A stretch of 64,000 nucleotides of DNA from Octopus sinensis (GCF_006345805.1 NC_042997.1:84196001-84260000), one strand, 5' to 3'. Counted from the stretch's first letter, positions 38,865 to 53,172 are shown. The notes: generated by a model not told the origin, from the sequence alone. A program made the numbers and translations.

Positions 38865-39810
38865 TTTTGGCAAAGATAAGTGTGCAATATTAGTCATGAG
38901 AAAAGGACAAGTAGTCATCAATGAAAGCATCCAATTACCAAATGGCTAGACATTAAAATCACTGAAAAAAAGGAGAGAGTTATAAATATCTAGGAGTAGT
39001 AGAATCTGGCTGAGTACTAATGATAGAAACGAAAACGAAAATTAAGGAGTACATCAAAAGGGTGAGGAAGCTAATGAAGTCAAGCTTAATAATCTGAATC
39101 TAGTGAAAGCTGTAAATACTTGGGCAGTGTCGTTACTTAGATATTCAGCAGCTTTTGTAAATTAAAAAAATCTAAATTAGTAAATTTAGACAGAAGAATT
39201 GGGAAGGAATTATATATGGATGGAAGACTTCACCCAAGGGCAAAAGTAACTTATCTAGAAAGGAAGGTGGAAGAGGTTTAGTATCAGTAGAAGGCTGCGT
39301 GGAGTTGACTAAAGTAGATATGGCCTCGTATGCAAGTAAAAGTGAAGTAAGTTTAGTAAAAGCTTCTAGAGTTACAGTAGGACATAGGGAAGCCAAAAAG
39401 ACAAATGAAGTTAAAACCATAAAAAGACAAGAAATATTATTTGACTGGCAGGAGAAGGCTTTGCATGACACATTCCTAAAGATAGTTGCAGGAAATAGTA
39501 ATAGTGAGACAAGGTTGTAGTTGCAGAAAGGAAAGCTGAAAAGGGAGAAAGTTTGTTAGTAGCAGCAGAGGATCAAGCAGTGAGGACTAAATGGATAAGA
39601 GCCAAGAAAAACAAAAACCAGATAGATTCCCAACAAAGGTTATGCAAATCAAAAGAGGAAAGCGTTATTCATACAGTAAGTGAATGTAACATGCTGTTAC
39701 AGAAAGAATACAAGAAAAGACATGACAACTTAGGGAGAATAATCCACTGGGATTTATGCCGAAAGCTAGGATTTGACCATACTGATAAATAGTATGAATG
39801 ACGAGTAACC
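38865..39810 (+). mobile_element. R4/Dong-like LINE relic (RT C-terminus + CCHC finger)
   Basis: YKYLGV; KAVNTWAVSLLRYS; LHPRAK…RKEGGRGL; AAEDQAVRT; LCKSKEESVIHTVSEC…YKKRHDNLGRIIHWDLC. Confidence 0.85.
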
Positions 39811-39969
39811 ATAGTCAAGAATTAATTTTGTTTCGTCCGAGCAATTCTGAAAGATGTAAGACATTAATTATATAAATTAGAAGGAAATGGTGTTTATATT
39901 TGTCTCGGAAAAAAAAAACAAAAAAAAAAACAAAACAGTCAGACAGAATGAATGAACGACCATTAGTTG

Positions 39970-40016
39970 ATAAATAAATAATAAATAAATAAATAAATAA
40001 ATAAATGTGTATGTAG

Positions 40017-40089
<73 letters not shown>

Positions 40090-40276
40090 CATACACACAT
40101 ATATAACAACATAAAGAGAGTTACTGGCCTGAAATATATTAAAACAATGAAGGGAAAAGGAAAAAATAGAGAATGAGAGGGAAAGCAAAATATATGTGTA
40201 TGTATATATATATATGTGTATGTGTATGTGTGTGTACATATATATGAATGCATATGTGTATATGTATATATATATA

Positions 40277-40321
<45 letters not shown>

Positions 40322-41317
40322 AATACAAACCCACACGCATTCATACGTTATGTTGGAAAACTCGCTGCGAATAAGATAGGGTAGTGAGAAAGGAGAGTAA
40401 GGGAACAGAGAGTGAAATATGGAGAAATGAAAATAGGATATTTATAGTTCTAAAAAAATATACATCAAATTGTTGTGATTGCATAAACATATTTGGCGCA
40501 TGTATGCATGCATACATATGCATGTATGCGTGTAAGTATGCATATATGTATGTATGTTTATATATATATATATGTATATGTGTGTGTGTGTGTGTGTGTA
40601 TAGATATACACATATATATATGTATTTTCATATATCTATATTTATATAAACATACACATCGAGAAACACACGTATATGCATGTATGTAATTTGTCATGAG
40701 ACAGTAATATGATATAATATTAATAATGATATATATGTGTGAGTAATATATGAGTATATATATATATTATATATATATATATACATATATCACTATATAT
40801 GTGCATATATGTGTCTATATTTATATATGCATGTACATATATATATGTGTGTGTATGTGTTTGCTTGTATGTTTGTGTGTCTGTGTTTGTGCGTGTTTGT
40901 GTACTTGTGTGCGTATATGTATGTGCATTGTGTGTGTAATGATCTTGACTGTAGATATTTGCATGTGTATTGAACATTCCACTTGTAATAACAATCTATC
41001 GACATTTTTTGGAAATGATGCAGTTTGTGTCATAAGAAATTTTAATTTCATTTAAGATCGCTCTTTTTCTCTCTCCTCATTTCTCTCCTATTTCTTCGCA
41101 ACTTTTTCCACTCCATCTCTCTTAATATCCTCTCTCTATAATGTAAATTGCTATTCCTCTCTCTTTCTCTCTCTTTCTTTCTCACCCAGTGTTTGCGCGC
41201 GTGTGTGCGTGTCATTCGTTATTTATTTACTGCAGTACAAGAGGGGAACATTCAAAAGCAAAATACTTCTTAATGGCTTGTTAGCAGGAATTCTACTGAG
41301 TTACTGCTAACAAGAGA

Positions 41318-41406
<89 letters not shown>

Positions 41407-41411
41407 ATATA

Positions 41412-41465
<54 letters not shown>

Positions 41466-41492
41466 ACATATATATACAAAGATATACGCAAG

Positions 41493-41524
<32 letters not shown>

Positions 41525-41800
41525 TATATGTGTGTGTGTGTGTGTGTATGTATATATACATAGATACATCTTTGTATTTATATAATTCTGTACATGTATG
41601 TGTATGTACCTATGTATTTATGTGTCTATCGCTCTACGTATGTACCTATAAATTTGTGTGTGTATATATATGCGTGTGTGTGTGTGCGTGTGTGTGTGTG
41701 CGTGTGTGTGCGTGTGTGTGCGTGTGTGCGCGTGTGTGTTCGCGCGCGCGTGTGTGTATGCATTGTATGTATGAATGAATGAATGAATGAATGAATGAAT
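39970..41800. repeat. Extended (TA)n/(TG)n/(AATG)n low-complexity region
   Basis: Direct reading. Confidence 0.9.
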
Positions 41801-42703
41801 GCATGTATGTAAGACTTAAGTTTAATTTGGGAATCAATTGAAAAGAACCGGCTTCTTGTTGTTGGCATATTTTCTATTCTGAAAGGTGAGCAACAGCATA
41901 ACAGCATCACAACAACAAGAGCAGCAAACAACTAGTATAACGGCAATGATCAACATTGATTGTTTTTTATTTTCTGTGTATTTAATCCGTGGTGTGCAAA
42001 GGGAAATTGACAAAAGAAATCGCGGTAATTATTTGGAGTCGTTTTCGTCGGTTATATTTATGGGGGATTTAAAAAAAAATGTTGCGCAGGAATACGAATA
42101 CGAAACAAACAGAAAAGCATGAAAAAGAAACACACACACAACGGAAGCAGACATGCTGAATCCCTCATCAGTTGTCGACCAAACATCACAATTTTGACAC
42201 CTTCCAATAACATCTTATATTTTGATGTTGCACTCAGTTAAAAGGTATAACCAATATTGTAATGTAAAAGAATCGGAATCGTAGAATAAGGGGAATAAAA
42301 TACACTGTTTTCTCTAAATCAAAGTACTTTACTCATGAGGAAACCTACATTCCGAATAGGAATGTCTTATGAAACATCTTCATAATAAGTCATCTAAAAA
42401 AAAGCAAAACATGTTTAATTTTAAGTTAGCCTTGAATGAATAGCGTTATGGTAAAAAACGACCCAGTCGTATCCATCACACCTTGTTTATATAAAAGGAT
42501 GCCGACCAATGGTAAGGTGTGATTTTAAGTAAAAGTGGTTGCTATTTCTAATAGGCTGAATGATCATGTTAAGCTTCGTCATTGTCTTGATCAAACCAAA
42601 TTGCAGTTGCATGTGTGTATCTATGTGTAAAAGTAGGGATATGTGTACATGTATGTGCGTGTGTATTCAGGTATAAATAGTTTATTGTGATATTATCAGG
42701 TCT

Positions 42704-42915
42704 GTAAGGTGGCAAACTCGCAGAATTGTTAGCATGCCTGGGAAAATGCGTAGCATCATTTCGCCCATTTTAACGTTCTGTGTTCAAATTAGACTCTACC
42801 GAGTCTAATTTGCCTTTTATCTTTTTGGGATCGATAAAATAAGTACCGGAATCGATGTAATCGACTTACTTTCTCCCCGATATTACTGGCCTTGTACTAA
42901 AACTTTAAACCATTT
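42704..42915 (+). mobile_element. SINE family A
   Basis: Homology to family A. Confidence 0.75.
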
Positions 42916-44177
42916 AAATCAGGTCTGTAAAGGTGGAACTGGTGGTAACCTTCTGAGCAGTAAATAATTTCGTTGGTTAATGACAAGGTTCAAATCTTTC
43001 TATTCAGCTTCAGCATTGCATTTTATCTTATCATTGGTCTGCAGAAAATATTTACTATATTCAGTTCAATTGACTACAACTGTTTCAACACATCTTGTGT
43101 GCGTAGATACAAATTATTTAAGCAACAGAAATTCATACAGGTTTAAGAAGTCACCAATTGACCAAGGTACACAAAAACTCAAGTAATGTAGTTGGCAATG
43201 ACAACAACAACAGGACTTTATTGTTTAGTGTATAGGATTACAGAACACAAAATGGCCAAAGTGCTTGAGCTTTCACTTTGCAATAAAGCACATTCTTACG
43301 ACTGTGAGTCCATGATGAGATCGAAACCACTATCTTACGATCTTGAGTTCAACACCCTAACCACTATGCTATGCATCTCCACTGAGAATTATGTTAATGG
43401 TGAAATTTTTTCATATAGACGAAATTCTTTCACATGGAATTTCGTCCATCTACACACCAATTGTCCTGATGAAGCTTATAAGTCGAAACAAAATATTGGC
43501 TGTTTTGATTTTTTAAATAATTGTTTATGTTATATTATATAATATTCATAGTATATTATATTATAATATAAATAAATTATTGGATTGTCATTTGTATCTC
43601 CCTATTTAATTTGTTTGTAATTTGCATTATACCCATATTTATGTGGCATTCACTCGATGCACCAGTGAATTCGATGTTTTACCCACCCCTTTGAAGGAAT
43701 TTTTTTCCTTTTTTGTTACCTTATAATGTGTGTGTGTGTGTGTGTGTGTGTGTATACAATACAAAATGGGACAAGAACGCAAAACATCCGGACAACTAGG
43801 TGATACAAAGAGGGACAAAACATCCAGATAGACGATACAAAAAAAACAACAACAAAAAACAAGGACGGGTTATTCGAAGCTTTCTATCCTCAGCCAAGAA
43901 CCGGATCATCCTCGCAATTTCGGCTGATTAATCTTGAGTTCGCTCCAATCTGGCCAGCCCCAAGGAAAAACTAAGCTGAGAGCATTAGATTCCTTGGAAA
44001 AAAGCATCGAATGTATACGAAAACAAGGATAGGAAAACAGACGATGTTACACAAATATAAATACAACATACAATAAAAATAATAATAATAATAATAATAA
44101 TAGCAGGACATAACAACAGGTGTCTTTCGACTGGGGACGAATTGAATTCAGCTGGCGTGTGTGGAAATGAAGCCTAT

Positions 44178-44322
<145 letters not shown>

Positions 44323-46313
44323 CATACTGTGTAGCTTAGCACGTGAAGAACCATCCTAGTAATGATTTTAACATCGATGAGCTTTTCAAAGGATTTGGTT
44401 TTAGACAGCTTCATCTTTCAGAGGTTGTATTTACCGTGATAGCAGTTATTAAAGATCAATAATTTCTAGGATGAGGAGATTTCTTTCATTGAAATATTGC
44501 TTATTCATATTTTTCATTCTCATCTTTGATTATAGTACTATGATAGTTGTTGTTACAAGGTAACTGCGTTTCAATGAGGTTGAAATATTGTTGTTCTTGA
44601 CCTGATTCGGGTTATTTTATTCAGGGAATAAAAATTGATTTCTTTATTATGATATTTCATCTTTAGTTCTATACAACTTTTTTTTATATTGTTTTCTACA
44701 TTGCATTTCCATAGCGATTATTAATATAGATTTTATAATTAACCTTGTCTGGATGCAATGAATTTCAAATATATTTTTATATAACAGTGTTTTTTTTATG
44801 ATGGCCACCTAAATAACCATTCACGGTATTTTAGCGTATTTTTTTTTATTTATCTTTTAAGGGCAGTTCTGTCTTCATAAATGGTAATTACTAATGTTCA
44901 GTTCCTATTAATAGATAATAAAAAAAACAAATAAAGCAAAAACACATGATAAAACAACCGTTGAATACTGGATATTCCTGAAGTAGTAGTAGTAGTAGTA
45001 GTAGTAGTAAGTTGGTCACGATAGATGATTTATTGCAACTAGTTCGGTATTTTACTGCTCTGAATTGAAATATAATTTGGTTTGATGAAATAAGTACTAC
45101 TAATCGATGTGAATTAATGAACTATATTCCTTATTTTTTTTTAAATGACCCTTACTGAATCAAATTAAATCAATATTGATTTTATACATTGACAGAGTGA
45201 CATAAATGCGTTTTAGACACAGCGAGATTTTCATCGTTTATTGTTGCTGTAGTTTTTCTTTTAATCGATAAAATAGGCGCACGTTATTACGTTGTTATAT
45301 AATACTGTCTTGCGCATGACAATGTTGAGGTCTGCAACCGTTAATGACCCTTCCTGGAGTAACTAGATTCACTGTATTTTTGAATTTTATAAGAGCGAAT
45401 TTTCTTTGTTCAATAATACTGTGTAACGCGATTTTTGAAGAGCAACTGTTTTTTTCTTATTTGCTTACTCTTAGAAAGTATGAAAAATGGCTAATATTTC
45501 CTTCAAACTTTACTTTTGTAACGATATTGATTCAAATCTCCGCCAAATCCTTCTCGACACATGGCTATGATGTTTCTCCACTGCTCCTGCTCGTGATCAG
45601 ATATACACATATGGTCAGCCACTAAGAGACATGCTCAAGTGGTTAAGGTCAAGTAACTGACCAGCAAATCAGTGGTATTGAAAAGAAGATTTGTTATAAC
45701 GATATTTCTACTTCAGCAACTCAGTGCTGAATCTATCTGAAATGTAATGGAAAATAGGTCAGCTTCAAAACATTGATTTCCAGGTCACAAAAGCAAAGTT
45801 TGAAGGGGTAGTTGTCATTTCCTTTGATTTATAGATAGAAGAAAATAAGAAATAACACTTACTGACCAAAGACAGAGAAAAAATGTTACACAGCGTAATA
45901 TATGAGTGTCCTGATGTAGGAAAGAGAGGGAGAGAGAGAGAGAGAAAGAGAAAGAGAGAGAGATAGAGAGAAGGAGAGAGAGAGCCGAGAGTATTGTCTG
46001 CCATGTGACTGTGGCGGTTTGGTGTGTTGAAAGTGATATTTGATGATCAGGTGCAGTATTTATCTTGCAATGTATGTAGATTGTTTTAGAAAGGAACAAC
46101 AGTTTAATTGTGATGTTCTAGTGTCTCTTCTCGTGTTATCTGCATTGTTATTATATCAAAATATGCTGAGTGCATTAGAGACATCGAATTTTCGAATTAT
46201 ATAGATTGTAAGTTTTTTTTTTTTTAAAGATGTTCAGGGAATGTATACCACGAATGAGATAAGTGAATTTTAAGTTGCATTTGATTGATTTCTCGAGCGG
46301 GACAAATAACGTC

Positions 46314-46314
<1 letters not shown>

Positions 46315-46379
<65 letters not shown>

Positions 46380-46412
46380 AAGCGAGATAGGGGGGAGAAA
46401 GGGAGATAGAGG

Positions 46413-46450
<38 letters not shown>
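46315..46450. repeat. (GA)n and (TA)n microsatellites
   Basis: Direct reading. Confidence 0.95.
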
Positions 46451-46454
<4 letters not shown>

Positions 46455-46999
46455 GTACACACACAGATAGAAAGATAGATAAATAAATAGACTGATGATT
46501 AACGGAAACTCGATGAACACAATTGGCATAAACTTAAATTAAAATTGCCATCTATGTATCATACCTGATTTATATACACTGTTGAAAAATATGATGCTGT
46601 CCATGGTTTATATCTGAGAGAAAATTTGCTCCTCGACATGCTCTGTTAAAAGCCCAATATATATTGGAATGAAACGTTCATTGGCTTAGCAGTGACCCAC
46701 AAGAAAGCAAGGCGCATTTCGATCTACTTGGGTATTTGTATATGACGTGTAGCCTCTAACACATGCTTAGACGAAATTAGTCCTCTTCTGAATTTTGGAA
46801 ACAAGGAATAATGTATTCACTGATATTGCAGAAAACCTACTGGGCTGAATAAAAACTCATTCCAATGGCTCCTTGCTGTAAATGCATGGCCAACTGTCGA
46901 AGAAATGTCGTAGATCAGTACTCGATGCAATTTTCAAAATTTTGTCCAATATGTATCTAGTGCCATTATGACGTAGTGTTTTTCAGTTGTGACTGTAGC

Positions 47000-47311
47000 T
47001 GTTGTATCTACTCTAATAGCCACGATATTTTCTTGGCATTGGATACAGTGTGTCTCTTCTATATTGGAATGGTAATACACTGCTGCGTCTATCGTGCTGT
47101 CGCTCATAGCTCTGCAAACACCGAATTTGAACCGTCTATCTTGACTGTGACTCGAATTCGACTGTAACACGTAACTGACACTTACCTCCAACTGAGAACT
47201 CGTACAACGACTCTACAACGACTGTCACACAACTCCCGTACTGGCTGACGTCGTCTTACTTTATAGTGGCTCAATCATACCACTTGGGAGGGTTGTACCA
47301 TTTCCAGTACA
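47000..47311 (-). mobile_element. Probable solo LTR (~310 bp)
   Basis: Minus strand TGTACTGG…ATACAACA (TG…CA) with TATAAAG and a downstream AATATA signal; no clean TSD. Confidence 0.45.
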
Positions 47312-47442
47312 AGCACACACACCCACACCGTCAGACATACACATATTGAGGTGAGAAAGAGGGGAAGAGATACAGAGAGAAAAAATTGAAAAAGGTAGTA
47401 AGAGAGGGATAATAAATAGATATTATTCTCACACCTAAGCCG

Positions 47443-47650
47443 ATGAGCTATCAGAATCGTTTGTACGCCGGAGAAAATGCTTTATAGCATTTCGTTCGTC
47501 TTTATATTCTGGCTTTAAATTCCGCCGGGGCCGACTTTGCCTTTTATCCTTTTGGAGTCGATAAAGTAAGTACCAGTTGAGCACCGGGGTCCCTGTAATC
47601 GACTTACTCCTGCCTCCGAAATTGCTGGCTTTGTGTCGAAATTTGAACCT
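47443..47650 (+). mobile_element. SINE family A
   Basis: Homology to family A. Confidence 0.75.
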
Positions 47651-47754
47651 AATATTATCTTCAAGACTTTGAGTTTTATCCCAGAATACACAGACTATAC
47701 GCCATTATTAGAGTTTAGTTTGAAAGTGAGACTGTGTTGGTCTCGAAGACTAAT

Positions 47755-49800
47755 GGATTTAAGAATGTTATTGTCCCACGCCAAACATAAAAGACTTATT
47801 TGGAAATATGAAAAATCCTTAATAAAATGATCAACTTTAAACATAGTCATATTTTTAATGGGAGAGGCAAGTTATATCTTAATTACACAAATACAAACTT
47901 ACATGATAAAACAGCAAAAAAAAAAAAAAGAAATATTTTACAAAAGATTTACAGTAAACAGCTGACTGAACGGCAAATAGACACAGTGGTTCTGGAAATA
48001 GAAAAATTACCCGCAATATTCGTCGGCAAAAAAAAAAAAAAAAAGAGACATTGTAAGTGCAGTAGCTAATGGAAGATTACTTGAAAAGATTTTCTCAGCT
48101 ATTGAGGACATTCAGCCTTCGCTCGCACGATGTATAAAGAACAATAAATTGGGATACATAGAATCTTAATAGACTCTGGAATGGTAGAATATTGCTGCCT
48201 ACAAATGATGAGGAATTTCTTAATCTCTCACAAGGAAAGGCACTCTTGAATTTGGGAACCACCTTCCACCTCAAACGGAAATACTACAAAAATATATAGA
48301 TAAAGGTTGAACTTGAATTACTATATCAGTCCTTTGAGACCCTTAGTTGTAAAAGTATTATAAAAATTGTGGAAGACTTATTTGTGTGAAGCTAATAAGC
48401 AACAACAGTAACACAACAAAAATCATACTTAATATGAACTTCAAGCTAGCCATAAAAGAACTGAAAAAAAAACGAGAATATTGTATTGATAAAAATGATA
48501 ATAGCTGTCATTGTGGATAAGGACTAACATAACATGAAAATAACAAATTCATAGCCCAGATAACACCGTTCAGATTAAAATTAACTGAGTTTATTTCTGC
48601 TGCTAACGCTCAAATACTGCATTCTTTTAGTGGCCTTATTCATGCCAGTCACCAATTTGGTACTTTCTCCGACCTGCTTGGTAGGTTTTATGGGCAAAAC
48701 CAAGCGGCAGGAGAGCGGCAGGCAGATGACAAACAAGATGGCAGAAACGTTAGCACACTGGGCGAAATGCTTAGCGGTATTTTGTCTGCCGCTACGTTCT
48801 GAGTTCAAATTCCGTCAAGGTCGACTTTGCCTTTCATCCTTTCGGGATCGATTAAATAAGTACCAGTTACGCACTGGGGGTCGATGTAATCGACTTAATC
48901 CGTTTGTCTGCCTTTGTTTGTCCCGTCTGTGTGTAGCCACTTGTGGGCAGTAAAGAAATAAGAACGTTGGATAACCATCCATGGGCTCGGTTGATCTCAC
49001 TTGGGGATCCTGTCGAATCAATTGGAGACGGTTGCTTCTGATAGCACCCGATGGAAAGTGTGCTTGAGGTCTCTTCCTCCATGGCCTTCAGAACATGTAG
49101 GCAAAGAAAATTAGATGAGATGAAAGTTAAAATAGGACGTATCTCCTATAAGCCAGCGTACATTTGTGTTACTATTAAGGCATACAAACCCCATAACCTG
49201 CTGCGACCCATAATCTTACATATCAATACACGCATGCATAGATTCGCGAAAGGACCTGACAACATCATAAAGAAGTATAAACAGACGGTTACGGCATACA
49301 TTTATCTGATGAATTTCTTGAAATTCTTCAACAATCTGTCCAAGATGTACATTCAGCTAACAAAATTTGCAAGTCATTTTTGATTTCCCCTTGGACTTCA
49401 CCCTTCGACGAAACGAAAAAGTGGACATCACTTAATTTCATTCGTCATATTCTTCAAATTGGTCTTCTCATTCTTTAAACCAAGTATAGACAAACTACAG
49501 CCAAAAAGCACACCTCACGAAAATTGCCTTGGATTCTTTTTCAAGTGGAAATCGAAATTGATTTGCAAACTTTGTTAACTGAAAGTATATCATTGATGGA
49601 TTTTTGCAGAATTTCAAGAAATTCGTCAGATGAATTTATGCTGTAACTCTTGTCACCAACGACGTCATATATCTTTTAACCAACATACCGATAATAGAAA
49701 CTATAACTGTAATATTGGAAAATGTGCACGCACATCATGCTATAAAACCACCTGCTATACCTAGTTTTCAAGTTATTTCAAGAATCAGTGTTATACAGTG
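47755..49800 (+). mobile_element. Decayed Penelope-like element ORF (N-terminus + RT), interrupted by a SINE and another repeat
   Basis: LLNLGTTF…KVELELLYQS; AIKELKKNENIVLIK…VIVDKD; KPAYICVTIKAYKPHNLLRPIILHINTRMHRFAK (ORF 49051..49383, cf. HKP..PLRPIIS); NDVIYLLTNIPIIETITVILENV…PPAIP (cf. DV.SLFTN.P..ETI). Confidence 0.75.
48738..48963 (+). mobile_element. SINE family A, long-tail variant
   Basis: Near-identical to 60072-60310. Confidence 0.85.
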
Positions 49801-50046
49801 TAACAAGGTTTGGCCGGACCCTTGAATTATATTTGATAGACTTTCACGCAGTATTGTCACTTACAAGCACTGGGTGGATCGGAGAAAATATGCCATACAG
49901 TGGGATCGAACCTAGACCTGTAAAATGTGAGACGAACTTTTTAACAACTCGGCTACATCTGCGAGCAAGCGTATGTGTGAAAAAAAGGAGGAAAAAAGGA
50001 GACTGAGTGTTCATTTCTACTTAAAAATACAAAGACAGAAAGTTAT

Positions 50047-50097
<51 letters not shown>

Positions 50098-50589
50098 TAG
50101 AGAGAGAGGGAGAGAGATTGAAGGGAGAGTTAGAGAGAGAGGGAAAAAGAGAGATAAAGAGAGAGATAAGGAGAGAGAGATAAAAACGAAGAGAGATAAA
50201 GAAAGAGAGAAAAGGAGAGAGAAAGAAAGAATGAATGAAAAACGAAAGAAAGAAAGAGGGAGAGAGAGATGGAGAAATAAGTACGTAATACAGGGACAGA
50301 AAGAGATTGGCTGTCAGATAAACAATGTAAAATGTCTTTAAAGCAGGTATGGGCTAGCTTTTTCAAGAAACGGGTTACATGAGACATGGCGAAGTGTATT
50401 TAAAAAATTCAAGGCAATTTTTGTGAGGCATGTCGTTCAGAAAGTCTCACGGGCCGCAGTTTACCCATACCTGGTTTAAAGAATAAGAAGTCCAATTTGA
50501 AGAATATGATGAATGAAATTCGGTGTTGTCCACCTTTTCGTTTCGTCGACGAGTGAACTTTAAGTGAAAGTTAAGTTAACTGAAAGTAC

Positions 50590-50720
50590 TTTAATGCCTC
50601 GGTATACGAATTAATTTGTTCCCGGAGAACGCTCGTAAAGCAAAAACATCGTAAACAGAAAATAAAACTAATAAAGCCTGGGTCCCGTAAAACGGGTCCT
50701 CGTAAAGTGAGGTATTACTG
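50590..50720. mobile_element. Possible Tigger/pogo-type MITE
   Basis: Right end reads TA-CAGTAATACCTCACTTTACGA on the minus strand; left end TAATGCCTCGGTATACGA is degenerate. Confidence 0.35.
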
Positions 50721-51971
50721 TATATCTTTTGCATCAAATCATGATCGTAATATCTAATAATGTCAGGGAAGTGACATATTTGTGGAAGGGATATTCAATT
50801 AAATTATTCCCGGTACGTATTCTGCGAACCCAAGAACGATAAAAGGAAAAAATTGAACTTAGCGGGATAGCTATATACAGAAAGTGATTTTGCTATTCAA
50901 CGGCCTCTCTAAAGATTGTTAAAGAATATTTATGTACATAGGAAGGCCGTTCAGCGAATAAGAATACATGTATTGCTGTTTAAATAATTAAACTATCAAT
51001 TGGTTTGTCAAAGTCCTTCACAACACTTCTGTGACCTTTTCATTGACTTGTCTCGTTAGTACTAGCACCGTAATACTACTTTAAAATGTAAGAACAAAAT
51101 TATTATATATTATATAGTTATAGCAGCGAAAGTCCACGGACTTAATGACAGAGGTATAGTTAATGTAATCGATGCCAAGTATTTGATCATTTCTTATTTT
51201 ATCTATCGATCAAAAGAATAAAAAGGCAAAATTGTGTATGGCGGGATTTGAAATCACAACATAAAGCCGCAATATTCAACATCTTTTCTAAAAGCGTTTC
51301 TAATGGCCCCCAACAAAAATTCTGTCATACACTTCTCAAATAGGAATATATAATATAGTAGAAAGAAGAAAATTAAGAAAAAAAATTTAGAAGTTGCACA
51401 TATACAAAGACGTAGTGAAGATTAGTGTGAAATTAATAAACAGAAACGCAGAACCATGTATGAGACGCACATTCACAAGCTCAGAATGTGTGTACGGTAC
51501 GTGTTGGAAAGATGTCATGGCTATTATGTCGATGGGATTTGTTACTGCGATTATTCTGCATATTTTAAAGTAAGTTTATTGACATACCACTTCAAAACGA
51601 GGCTTTTAAAAACTATAATATTATTGTCAGGTTTGAAAACGTTTAAAGCATCACGTCTATACGCGTACGTGCATTCCTATATGCAAATACATTATTTATA
51701 ATTATGCGTATGTAGATTTGTGTAGATAGTGTTTAACCGCGTATGAACACATTACTAAAAATATGCACATATATATTGTAGTGTATGCGTGCGCGCGCGC
51801 GTGTGTTGTGTGTATGCACGTACATACACAAAAATACATACTTGAATACGTAGATATATATGAGTATATACATGTGTATGCGTCTACGTGCAAGTGTGAA
51901 TATGTATATAAGAAAGTAATTTCTTGACATACCAATCAATCTGCAGAGCACAGCCTAGTTATTAATCTAAT

Positions 51972-52048
<77 letters not shown>

Positions 52049-52204
52049 ATATACATGCATTACATATAGACATAATATACACACACACAGACATACGGAC
52101 AGAGAGAAAGAGAGAAGGTGCTACAAAAGTATATAGAAATGAATATGCATATGTGTGTGTGTGTGTAAAATAGCCAATATATATAGGCTATGAGTGGAAA
52201 TGGG

Positions 52205-52550
52205 TGTTATACATACATGAATACATTAATGCGTACATACATGCATACATACATACATACATACATACATACATACATACATACATACATACATACATAC
52301 ATACGTATATATATGCATACATACATACATACACACACACATACATACACACACACATACATGCATACATACATACATACATACACACACACATACATAC
52401 ATACATAATACATACATACATACACACACACATACATGCATACATACACACATACATACATACACACATACATACACACATACATACATACATACATACA
52501 TACATACATACATACATACATACATACATACATACATACATACATACATA
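52205..52550. repeat. (CATA)n/(CA)n microsatellite
   Basis: Direct reading. Confidence 0.95.
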
Positions 52551-53172
52551 CGTGCTTATTTATGTGCGGGTATGTGTGAGTATATATATATATATATATA
52601 TATACATTTACATATTTAGTTGGATTGAAAATGAAAAGTAGCCAAGCAGAGGCCTTATTTCCGAGGGAGGGTTGGAAGTTGTTGATAATAAAAACATAAT
52701 AAATAAATAAATAAATATTAAAAATAAAATGCAATAAAATAAGAATGTAAGAAAAGATGGAAAACTGTATGACTCGAGAGAATGTGATCAATAAAGAAAA
52801 CGGACATTTTGACAATCTAGTAGATGTGTATCTAATATCGTCATTAGCGCCATCTATAGTTTTAATATTTTTATGGAAGCGATTACGATCTTGCGTTGGT
52901 ATTGTTAGCACCGTCTCCATAACTATTATTAAATTTCGTTACTATCACTTACAGAATGTGGTCCTGCTGTTCATTGAAAATGGCGCAATGATCACTAATG
53001 GAAGAATATATAGTGTGCTCCACTCTCTTTCTTTCACGTTCTTGTTTCTCTCTCTCTCTCTCTCTCTCACTCTGTCTTTCTTTGTCCCTCTGTGTCTCTA
53101 TTTCTATCTCTATTACCTCACACATACGCATATACATACATGTGTGTATGCATATGTATGTATAAAATATCT

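Noticed and set aside
39877-41931. Many YI/CV-rich ORFs
   Set aside because: Dinucleotide repeats lack stop codons
43865-43905. Minus-strand CTGAGGA…TTCGAAT hammerhead-like motif in the repeat at 43760-44100
   Set aside because: GAAT instead of GAAA, marginal stem II, no stem I
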